A stretch of DNA of 32,000 bases from Candidatus Methanoperedens sp. (GTDB lineage Archaea > Halobacteriota > Methanosarcinia > Methanosarcinales > Methanoperedenaceae). Below the pieces are notes generated by a model. The model was given only the letters and a program-made list of their open reading frames with translations. It did not search any database and was not told the origin of the DNA. Of the stretch, positions 16,955-24,642 are shown in pieces (position 1 is the first letter of the stretch; each line of letters opens with the position of its first letter). The stretch is taken from positions 1 to 32,000 of the forward strand of contig JAPZAR010000018.1 in NCBI GenBank assembly GCA_027460535.1, read 5' to 3'. Position numbers and translations under genes: made by a program.

Positions 16955-17016
16955 TTTTTAACCTTCGTTTAATAATTTGCAGAAATAATTACAAACATTA
17001 TGCTCATTCATAACCA

Positions 17017-19536
17017 TCACACGAACTTATAGAGAGAAACATAATCTTTCACATACTCAGGTATCATCTCACACCACTTTCTCACTTCCCGGAACTCCTC
17101 CATCGAAAACTGGGAATTTGTCGCAAAACGCCCGAATTCTTTTGATTCCATAATATCCCTCACTTCATGGTCTATAATATATGCTTTTATAAAATTCCTT
17201 ATGAGCGGTACTTCCCTGCTTTCCGGTTTATAAATAGATATGAATCTCTCAACTTCCTCATCAAGCAATTCCTCTTTCGTCTTAAATACAGTAATCCTTC
17301 CAAATATCTTCTCTATGATCTCCCGCAAACTCAGGCGGCGGTCAATTCTCAACGATTTTCTCAACTTCTCAAGATTATAGAATTCTTCAGGTTTTTCAAA
17401 AATCTTACTTTTTATATATTCTTCAATGGCATCGAAATTTTCTTTTTCAATATTCTCTTTTATGAAGATATTATTCCTCACAGTATTCTCGAATTTATCA
17501 AAGAACATACGGTCTATTTTCATTCCATCCATGCCGATAGCGTATTCCTCAAGGCTTGTTAGAGGGTCGAAACTGAGATTCTCATATTCACTTGTCCTTT
17601 CCTCACCCTCACCGCCTCCTGTATATGTAGTCCTTGGAGGCAATTTCAAAACTTCATTATAATTATATTTCTCTTCAAAGTACTCGCAATTCGCAAAAAA
17701 ATCAAAAAGCTTGAATTTTTCTTTAGCTTTCTTTATGATTTCGTTATCGTGCCCATTTTTCATGGAAAATGCAAAATCATACTTTCTTGTACCCCTTCCT
17801 TTTATCTGGATAAAATCCGTTGGTGAAAATATAGGGCGCATCAAGCATATATTCAAAATATCCTGGCAGTCATAGCCTGTCGTCATCATTCCAACGGTTA
17901 CGCATACCCTTGTTTTGCTCGTTTTATAACCTTCCAGAAACCGCGAATTGCCGGATAGGTTATTACTTGTATCGGTAAAATTGATAGTAAATTGCTGCGC
18001 ATCCTGAACGTTTGACGTTATCTGAAGAGCAAAATCTGAATTATATTTTCCAGGATATAATTTATCTGCAAACTCATTCATTACCTGTGTTATTTTTGAG
18101 GCATGGTTCTGGCTTACGCAAAAAACAATGGTTTTGCCAATCTCTCCACTTATTGGATCTCTGAGAGCATTTTCAATGAAAGTCTTGCAGAATATTTTGT
18201 TTGTTTCTTCAGAGAGAAATTTGTTCTCAAAATCCTTATGAAAATATATCTGCTCTTCTTTTATTCCTTCAGTATTTTCTACGATGATAGAGTAACCTTT
18301 TTCTGAAAGTAACTGTGTGGTGATTTCGGTTCGCGCATCAACAGCAACTGGGTTCACAAGATATCCATCCCTCACAGCGTCAATAAGACTGTAGCGAAAA
18401 GTCGGATTCCCGCTCTCGCAGCCAAATGTGATATAGGTGTCCCTAAGCTGTCTTCGTTCCCATTCGCGCGGGTCTTTCTTACTTACTTTATCAGGGTCTA
18501 AATACTTCAGATAATCTTTAGGTGTGGCAGTAAGACCGAGCTTATAGCCAACAAAATACTCAAAAACAGCCCTGCTGTTCCATCCGATCGAGCGGTGGGC
18601 TTCATCCGAAATCAATAGGTCAAAATCCGTGGGTGAAAAAAGCCTCTGATATTTATTGTCAAAAGAAAGGCTCTGGACGGTGGAAACGACAATCTCAGCT
18701 TTTCGCCAATCGTCCTTATTTTCTTTATAAATTATAACTTTGTAATCATTTTTTAGCCATTTAATAAAATTTTTCTTCGCTTGGTCTTCAAGTTCTAATC
18801 GGTCAACAAGAAAAAGCACCCTCTTTGCATTACCTGATCTTAAAAACAGTTTGATAACCGCGGCTGAAATCAGAGTCTTTCCTGTTCCTGTCGCCATTTC
18901 AAAAAGGAACCTGTCGTTCCCATCTTCTACAGATTCCTGCAAAGCATGAACCGCATCCAACTGATACGGTCTTAAGAATTTCAGTCCGGATTCATGTATG
19001 TAGTCTGCTCTTGTTTTGTCATTATTCCAGCGCGGGTCTTTATCAAAAAGAGGGTTCTGGATTCGGGTAATGTAATCCTCTCCAACTATTTCGCTTACAA
19101 GAGTTGAAGGATTGGGCGCAAAAGAAGCTGTATGATAAAGCGATTCTAATGTTGGGAATTTTGTGATAACACTGGGATTTCCACGCTCTAAATCCCAGAA
19201 ATAATGCAAATTGCCATTTGAGAGTATCACGAATCTCACATTTTGCGATTGCGCGTATTTCCTTGCCTGCTCTTTCCCATCAAGAGGATTTTTATCTTCA
19301 GATTTTGCCTCTACTATTACAAATGGGAAGCCCTTTTCATTTAGAAGAAGAAAATCTGTAAATCCATTTTCTGTTTTTTCAAAATCATTCCCAAATTCAT
19401 CAAGGTTTTTTCTGGTGATTTTGACATTATTCTCTAAAACGATATTGGCTTTTCCTTTTTCATCATCAAAAAACCTCCAACCCGACTGTTCAAGGAGTTT
19501 ATTGATCTTAATGCGCGCTTTTGCCTCTTTTTGCAT
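17017..19536 (-). CDS. hsdR: Type I restriction enzyme R subunit (HsdR; PD-(D/E)xK + SF2 helicase + EcoEI_R_C-like tail)
   Basis: The ORF opens at TTG 19548, but ATG 19536 has GGAGG 6 nt upstream. Nuclease motif: FTDFLLLNEKGFPFVIVEAKS. Helicase motifs: MATGTGKT, LLISDEAHRS, QIKGRGTR. Confidence 0.92.
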   Translation of the reverse strand: MQKEAKARIKINKLLEQSGWRFFDDEKGKANIVLENNVKITRKNLDEFGNDFEKTENGFTDFLLLNEKGFPFVIVEAKSEDKNPLDGKEQARKYAQSQNVRFVILSNGNLHYFWDLERGNPSVITKFPTLESLYHTASFAPNPSTLVSEIVGEDYITRIQNPLFDKDPRWNNDKTRADYIHESGLKFLRPYQLDAVHALQESVEDGNDRFLFEMATGTGKTLISAAVIKLFLRSGNAKRVLFLVDRLELEDQAKKNFIKWLKNDYKVIIYKENKDDWRKAEIVVSTVQSLSFDNKYQRLFSPTDFDLLISDEAHRSIGWNSRAVFEYFVGYKLGLTATPKDYLKYLDPDKVSKKDPREWERRQLRDTYITFGCESGNPTFRYSLIDAVRDGYLVNPVAVDARTEITTQLLSEKGYSIIVENTEGIKEEQIYFHKDFENKFLSEETNKIFCKTFIENALRDPISGEIGKTIVFCVSQNHASKITQVMNEFADKLYPGKYNSDFALQITSNVQDAQQFTINFTDTSNNLSGNSRFLEGYKTSKTRVCVTVGMMTTGYDCQDILNICLMRPIFSPTDFIQIKGRGTRKYDFAFSMKNGHDNEIIKKAKEKFKLFDFFANCEYFEEKYNYNEVLKLPPRTTYTGGGEGEERTSEYENLSFDPLTSLEEYAIGMDGMKIDRMFFDKFENTVRNNIFIKENIEKENFDAIEEYIKSKIFEKPEEFYNLEKLRKSLRIDRRLSLREIIEKIFGRITVFKTKEELLDEEVERFISIYKPESREVPLIRNFIKAYIIDHEVRDIMESKEFGRFATNSQFSMEEFREVRKWCEMIPEYVKDYVSLYKFV

Positions 19537-19629
19537 TACTGCCTCCAACCATCATATCTTAGATTTTAGTAAGGTCTATTTAATTCTTGTTGATATTATA
19601 TATTGTTACTTGCCGCACGGACAATAAAT

Positions 19630-19658
19630 AATCCGTGTAAATCCGTCAAATCCGTGTT
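19630..19658 (+). repeat. Three tandem 9-10 bp units (AAATCCGTN)
   Basis: AATCCGTGTAAATCCGTCAAATCCGTGTT lies in the hsdR upstream intergenic region. Confidence 0.7.
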
Positions 19659-19794
19659 CTAAACCCAATAAATACACGTGGACTTAATTCCCCACATAAA
19701 ATCCGCAAATCTCTTCTGCCTCACCCCGTCGCTCTCGAACAGCGACCAGTATTTTCACCCACCCACAACCTCACTCCTCCCCAAAAAATCCTTA

Positions 19795-20040
19795 TCAAAG
19801 GTCGCTATCTTCATAATTATATAAAATTTCATCGACCTTTCCACTCAGATTTCGATGCTGGTTACCAAAATGTTCAGGTTTGATTTCTAAAATGCTTCTT
19901 TTCTTTTTTTCTCCAAACCTTTCACTAATTTCATTTGTCACTCTTTCTCCAATGGATGCCCCGCAGCCTTTAATTTCTGCCCGCATTTTTTCTAACGCCC
20001 TTTCACCTTCATCGCAATTCTCTTCCCAAACTCCCTGCAC
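19795..20040 (-). CDS. Small ORF, possibly a PF02697-like orphan antitoxin remnant
   Basis: The 81-aa ORF overlaps the flavodoxin 3' end by 49 nt; an alternative start, MRAEIK, is at 19986. The pattern E..L.K.....GASIGERV...I..R.GEKKKRSILEI...FGN loosely resembles archaeal VapB-like antitoxins. There is no toxin downstream. It may be non-coding. Confidence 0.25.
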   Translation of the reverse strand: MQGVWEENCDEGERALEKMRAEIKGCGASIGERVTNEISERFGEKKKRSILEIKPEHFGNQHRNLSGKVDEILYNYEDSDL

Positions 20041-20423
20041 TTCTCTAACCCTGCCTCATCAGGCTTTTCATGTATCAGAAGCCCTTCTAAAGTCTCCATT
20101 CCATAACCCTTCAACCTGTTCGTGATCAGGTCTACGACTTCGGGGGACCAGCCATAAGAACAGAAGGCTGCTCCAACTTTGCCTTTCAAACCCACATCTT
20201 TTGCCTGATCCAGGAAAACCTCAAGGGCCGGCATTATTTCATGGTGGTAAGTACCAGAACCAAGAACCACACCATCAACGTTTCTAATATCCTCTATCTT
20301 CGCCTCATGGACATGCGATAGATTCACATCCACTTTTTCTGACTTTATTCCTTCTGCTATCGCTTTTGCCATCGCCTCGGTATTATGCGTTGCAGAATCG
20401 TATATTATTGCCACTTTTGCCAT
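19992..20423 (-). CDS. Flavodoxin-like protein
   Basis: 143-aa ORF. MAKVAIIYDSATHNTEAMAKAIAEG is the FMN phosphate-binding loop S-x-T-x-N-T. VVLGSGTYHHE and AAFCSYGW also fit the short-chain flavodoxin fold. Confidence 0.85.
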   Translation of the reverse strand: MAKVAIIYDSATHNTEAMAKAIAEGIKSEKVDVNLSHVHEAKIEDIRNVDGVVLGSGTYHHEIMPALEVFLDQAKDVGLKGKVGAAFCSYGWSPEVVDLITNRLKGYGMETLEGLLIHEKPDEAGLEKCREFGKRIAMKVKGR

Positions 20424-20445
20424 ATTATTTCCCCATTTATCAACA

Positions 20446-20503
20446 CTTTGCGCTCTTTGCGTTCTTTGCTCCGTTCACCGCAGAGGTCGCAAATTTCGCA
20501 AAG
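20446..20503. repeat. Tandem CTTTGCG units plus inverted CGCAAAG copies (hairpin-forming) in the gap between the IscU-fusion gene and the flavodoxin gene
   Basis: CTTTGCGCTCTTTGCGTTCTTTGCT (20446-20470) and CGCAAATTTCGCAAAG (20488-20503). The reverse complement GAACGCAAAG is a variant of the GAACGCAGAT motif. Confidence 0.6.
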
Positions 20504-20528
20504 ATTATTTTTACTGTGATTTCAATCC

Positions 20529-21863
20529 TTAACGCCAATAAGGTTTTCTTAATTCAATGTATGCGTTATGCGCCACCGTGGCACCATGCGCCACCGCGAC
20601 CACTACGAGCTGGAGGTCAGAGGCTATGTCGCCGACTGCGTATACTCCATCGATATTGGTCTTCTGCGTCTTATCGGTCTTCAGGTATCCTTTCACATCC
20701 ATTTCAAGGCCGAGCTTCTTGAATATCTCTGTGTTCGGTGTCATGCCCACGGCCAGAACAACCGCGTCAACTACCTGCTGGATGGTTTCATCTTCCTTCA
20801 GATCCTTCATTATGACTTTTTCGACCTTGTCTGTTCCTGCAATTTCCTGAACCTCAGTATTGTACAAAACCTTGATTTTATCGATAGCTTTCATGCGCTC
20901 GATCTTGTAGGGATCTGCTCTTAACTCATCTTTCCCGTGCGCTATAGTAATGAGGTCGGCAGTATCAGCCAGGCTCAAAGCTGCATCGACGGCCGAGTTG
21001 CCCCCGCCCACGATAAGAACCCTTTTTCCTGTGAATTTCTCGGGATTTGTTACGTAATAATATACTCCGCGCTCGCCCTTGCCGAATTTCTCTTCACCCT
21101 TTATGCCACCTGCTGCCGGAGAGCTGCCTGTGGCCAGAACTATTATCTTTCCCTTGTATTCACCGCTTTCCGCAATGATCTTCCTGTCCTGAGTGATCTC
21201 ATTCACACGTTCTTTTTTTAATTCCACCTTCAATTTCTTGGCTTCATTCACCCACTGGTTGACAAGGTCCTGGCATGTTGATTTCTCACAAAGCCCGGGG
21301 AAGTTCTCGATCATCTTGTTAGGACATAGCCATGAGAGTATCCCGCCCCAGTTGGAGGCTTCGAAGATGGCGGTTTTGAGGCCCCTGTACGCACACAATA
21401 TCCCTGTGGTCAGCCCTCCCGGGCCGCCTCCCACGACTATCACGTCAAAATCATATTTCTCTCCCTCGATCTTGGCACGCTCTTCCTTTTTGTTCATGTA
21501 ATCCTGGATGGCGGCATGAAGGGCATCTGCAGCGAGGTTCGAGCAGTGCATCTTGATCGGGGGAAGACCGTCAAGCTCCGCTGCCACATCACCGCGGGTG
21601 ATCTTGAGCGCCTCTTCAAGCGTTTTTCCGATCGCCATTTCTGTTATCATGCTGCTCGTAGCGATCGCAGAGCCGCAGCCGAACGTCTTGAATTTCACGT
21701 CTTTCAGGATATTATTCTCGACCTTTATCTGGATCTCCATCAGATCCCCGCATACGGGATTCCCGACCCTTCCTACACCGTCCGCATCTTTAATCTCACC
21801 CACATTCCGGGGATTCCTGAAATGATCCATTACCTTTTCTGAATATTCGAATTGTTCTGCCAT
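20529..21863 (-). CDS. IscU/NifU-type Fe-S scaffold fused to a thioredoxin-reductase-like FAD/NAD(P)H flavoprotein that lacks the CxxC
   Basis: The start is taken at ATG 21863, which has GGTGA 5 nt upstream. The longer ORF to 21926 would read through the intergenic repeat. IscU part: GNPVCGDLM, KTFGCGSAIATSS, KMHCSNLAADAL. Flavoprotein part: DVIVVGGGPGGL, GKRVLIVGGGNSAVDAAL, DGVYAVGDIA. The position of the TrxR CATC motif reads GVYYYVTNPEKF. Confidence 0.88.
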   Translation of the reverse strand: MAEQFEYSEKVMDHFRNPRNVGEIKDADGVGRVGNPVCGDLMEIQIKVENNILKDVKFKTFGCGSAIATSSMITEMAIGKTLEEALKITRGDVAAELDGLPPIKMHCSNLAADALHAAIQDYMNKKEERAKIEGEKYDFDVIVVGGGPGGLTTGILCAYRGLKTAIFEASNWGGILSWLCPNKMIENFPGLCEKSTCQDLVNQWVNEAKKLKVELKKERVNEITQDRKIIAESGEYKGKIIVLATGSSPAAGGIKGEEKFGKGERGVYYYVTNPEKFTGKRVLIVGGGNSAVDAALSLADTADLITIAHGKDELRADPYKIERMKAIDKIKVLYNTEVQEIAGTDKVEKVIMKDLKEDETIQQVVDAVVLAVGMTPNTEIFKKLGLEMDVKGYLKTDKTQKTNIDGVYAVGDIASDLQLVVVAVAHGATVAHNAYIELRKPYWR

Positions 21864-21890
21864 TATTTCACCTGGTTTAGTGATTATATC

Positions 21891-21955
21891 GAACGCGGAT
21901 GAACGCCGCAACAAATCTGCGTTCATCTGCGTTTATCTGCGGTTTTTTTATTTTG
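21891..21955 (+). repeat. GAACGCAGAT-family element forming an imperfect 16-bp inverted repeat followed by a T7 run
   Basis: GAACGCGGATGAACGC (21891-21906) pairs with GCGTTCATCTGCGTTT (21919-21934), followed by ATCTGCGGTTTTTTTATTTTG. The element lies in the 102-nt gap between iscS and the IscU-fusion gene. The T-run is on the strand antisense to the operon. Confidence 0.7.
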
Positions 21956-21965
21956 ATTCCCCTAT

Positions 21966-23141
21966 TTATTTTTTATGATAAAGCGGCGATAATGCCCTGA
22001 GTTTAGCAACTATTTTAGGCACTGAGTCAATAACATAATCAACATCTTCTTCCGTATTAGACCTGCCGAGTGTTAGCAGAAGCGAGCCGTGCGCCTCCTC
22101 GTGCCTTAATCCCGTGGCAATAAGCACATGCGACGGCTCAAGCGTTTTCGAGGAACATGCCGAACCTGTGCTTGCTGTTATTCCCAGATCGTTGAGCTGC
22201 AATATGATGCTCTCGCCTTCGATGAAACTGAAGCGAAAACTCGCATTGTTTGGAAGTCTCTTTGTCCTGTGACCTGTGAGATATGTATATTCCATTTTAA
22301 GGATATTATCTATCAACCTGTCACGTAGTTTTATAAGTCGTTCACCTTCCTCTACCATTTCCTTCTGGGCAAGCTCCGAAGCTTTCCCCATCCCAACAAT
22401 TCCGGGGATGTTCTCAGAGCCGCTTCTCATCCCGAATTCCTGCCCACCTCCAAGCATAAAAGGCATGAGCCTTACACCCTGCTTGATATACAGGGCTCCC
22501 GCGCCTTTCGGACCGTGCATATCATTTGATGAAATGGTTAAGAGATCGATATGCTCCTTTTCAGCATCAATAGGGACCTTTCCAACTGCAGCTGTCCCAT
22601 CCACATGGAATAATATTTTCTTATCAGATGCGATCTCACCTATTTCCCTGACCGGCTGCACGGTTCCTATTTCTCCGTTAGCGTACATTACAGAGATGAG
22701 AATGGTTTTGTCTGTTATTGCATTCTTTACTTGTTCAGCGTTCACCAGTCCATCTTTGTCAATGGGGACATAGGTCACCTCAAATCCGCTTCTCTGCAGG
22801 TCTTTCAAGGTATTCATTACAGACATGTGCTCGATAGAGGTGGTAATTATATGATTTCCCTTGTCTTTATACCGCAACGCTGCGCCCCTCAACGCAAGAT
22901 TATTAGATTCCGTGGCGCACGAAGTGAAAACGAGGCTCTTCGGGTTTGGCGCGTTTATCAAATCTGCAACTTTTTGCCTGGCTCCTTCAAGTTCTCGCTT
23001 GGCTTTCCTCCCGGAAGAATGGAGGGAGGAAGGGTTCCCGATATCTTTATCAAAATATGGCAACATGGCTTCAAGCACCCGCGCATCAACGGGTGAAGCT
23101 GAACCGTGATCCATGTAAACCTGTCTCATTTTTTCACTCAA
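21966..23141 (-). CDS. iscS: IscS/NifS-family cysteine-desulfurase homologue lacking the PLP-binding lysine
   Basis: It is collinear with E. coli IscS: VFTSCATESNNLALRGAA, TSIEHMSV, HVDGTAAVG, GMRSGSENIPGIVGMG, STGSACSS. The SGHK motif is replaced by ISSNDMHGPKG. The ORF opens at TTG 23141, but ATG 23129 (MRQVYMDHGS) is the more likely start. Confidence 0.9.
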   Translation of the reverse strand: MSEKMRQVYMDHGSASPVDARVLEAMLPYFDKDIGNPSSLHSSGRKAKRELEGARQKVADLINAPNPKSLVFTSCATESNNLALRGAALRYKDKGNHIITTSIEHMSVMNTLKDLQRSGFEVTYVPIDKDGLVNAEQVKNAITDKTILISVMYANGEIGTVQPVREIGEIASDKKILFHVDGTAAVGKVPIDAEKEHIDLLTISSNDMHGPKGAGALYIKQGVRLMPFMLGGGQEFGMRSGSENIPGIVGMGKASELAQKEMVEEGERLIKLRDRLIDNILKMEYTYLTGHRTKRLPNNASFRFSFIEGESIILQLNDLGITASTGSACSSKTLEPSHVLIATGLRHEEAHGSLLLTLGRSNTEEDVDYVIDSVPKIVAKLRALSPLYHKK

Positions 23142-23150
23142 TTTTCCTTT

Positions 23151-23312
23151 TTATATCCGCCTGTCCCTGCCCTCTGGTCCTTCGCATTCTGGTATATAGC
23201 AGGTCGCATCAATAAAAGCGCACGCCTCATTACAGCTGGGGCACCTCTCGGGAGGTGATGCGCTCCCTTCGAACTGGTAGCCGCACATGGAGCATTTCCA
23301 CTGGATATTCAT
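23151..23312 (-). CDS. Rubredoxin-like zinc-ribbon mini-protein
   Basis: The 53-aa product from ATG 23312 is MNIQWKCSMCGYQFEGSASPPERCPSCNEACAFID... It has CxxC...CxxC, like the C-terminal domain of rubrerythrin, plus 4 further Cys. It lies 10 nt after the dsrE-like stop and 9 nt before iscS. Confidence 0.7.
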   Translation of the reverse strand: MNIQWKCSMCGYQFEGSASPPERCPSCNEACAFIDATCYIPECEGPEGRDRRI

Positions 23313-23322
23313 AAGAATACTC

Positions 23323-23682
23323 TTAAAACCACATCGCTCCGTCAGCTTCCAGCACAAGGTCATTGAGCGTTGCAGCGCCCACGATCTCTGCCGCGGGAAT
23401 AAAATCTCCTCTCCCAAGGTTTATTAACTGCGTGCTTTGCTCGCACACCATGAGCTTTACTCCTGCTTTCACAGTCTGGTCCATTACCTCTTTAAGAGAC
23501 GGAAATTTCCCTATCTTTACCTTTTCTGCATTCCCTTTTTTCACAACAGTGATCCCCATACCCAGGAAATATATGGTGGCATCTATCCCCATTGCTTTCG
23601 CGGTCTGTGCCAGGATAAAAGGGGAATAAAGGCGTTCAGGTGTATCGACACCACTTGTCTGGACATATAGAATGTTAGTCAT
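23323..23682 (-). CDS. DsrE/DsrF-like (COG2044-type) sulfur-relay family protein
   Basis: 119-aa ORF. ILYVQTSGVDTPERLYSPFILAQTAKAMGIDATIYFLGMG...VKLMVCEQS...AATLNDLVLEADGAMWF fits the DsrE-fold pattern with a conserved Cys. Confidence 0.8.
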   Translation of the reverse strand: MTNILYVQTSGVDTPERLYSPFILAQTAKAMGIDATIYFLGMGITVVKKGNAEKVKIGKFPSLKEVMDQTVKAGVKLMVCEQSTQLINLGRGDFIPAAEIVGAATLNDLVLEADGAMWF

Positions 23683-23733
23683 GTAACCTCCATTATGTCC
23701 ATTTAGGGTTATGAGTAGATACGTTTTTCGATA

Positions 23734-24144
23734 ATGAATTCGAAGGTGTGGTATTTATTTCAGAAAAACTTAAGTCAAGTAAATATATTTATATTATTTG
23801 TGATTGAAATCTATTTTATATTTTTTTCCTTGACAATTGCAGCCATAGCGATCTATCTCTCATTGAGAAATTTGGCATGCTGGAAAAAGTTAGATCTGAG
23901 CACACTTAAGGCGAAGGTATTCCTGGACAGCTCTTTCTTGAAATACGATTTCAAACTTACAATAATAATGGTGGCGCTGTTAAGCTTTCATTTTATAACG
24001 GAGTATATGGAACTTGAGGGAGTCCTGCCTCAGTATATGGATATTGCTTGCCAATATTCGCTCCCGTTAGTTCTTCTGATCCTTGTGTTGATTCAGTACA
24101 AATGGTACACGCTTCTCCACAAGAAAATGCCTTTAAAAAACTAA
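23734..24144 (+). CDS. Hypothetical small membrane protein
   Basis: 136-aa AT-rich ORF with 3-4 hydrophobic segments (IFILFVIEIYFIFFSLTIAAIAIYL, LTIIMVALLSFHFI, YSLPLVLLILVLI). I recognise no family. Confidence 0.5.
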   Translation: MNSKVWYLFQKNLSQVNIFILFVIEIYFIFFSLTIAAIAIYLSLRNLACWKKLDLSTLKAKVFLDSSFLKYDFKLTIIMVALLSFHFITEYMELEGVLPQYMDIACQYSLPLVLLILVLIQYKWYTLLHKKMPLKN

Positions 24145-24500
24145 AGCGATTTTGTGGTGAGTCGCTCCGTCTCAACATTTTCCTGTATATCGTGATCCCG
24201 CCTGCTAAAAATTCACAACCTGAAGGCTTCATCGCCATGGAGCACATTGCAGAATCCTGAATGTTTAGACTTGATCAGGTCACCACTTTTGAATTCTTTT
24301 GCAGTATTTGTTTCGTTTTCCTACGTCGGTATACAAAGTCAAAGATTTCTGGACAATACAAATGGTATGTAAGAGCATGCTACTGAACCTCGGTTTAGCA
24401 AAAACCTGGGTTTCAATTGTGGTTTATGAGAAGATACTGAAAACCTTCCTAAAAAGATCAGTTTAGATTGGGATACTGCTTCTTTTTTCAAAGCAAAAGA

Positions 24501-24508
24501 TTTATATT
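24501..24508 (+). promoter_or_regulatory. Possible archaeal TATA box for the TRAM gene
   Basis: TTTATATT is preceded by the purine-rich AAGCAAAAGA (BRE-like). It lies about 135 nt upstream of the TTG start, implying a leader longer than 100 nt. Confidence 0.3.
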
Positions 24509-24642
24509 CTGTAAAAGTATTAATTCAATAGATTGAAGCTGTTGTGGCACGGGCTTAAAGCAGCAGTTATGGAAAGCAGTCTTTATCCATCCCTGCGAAC
24601 CTTTCCAGACAGACGGCAATCAAAAGTTAAGGATGTGTAATT

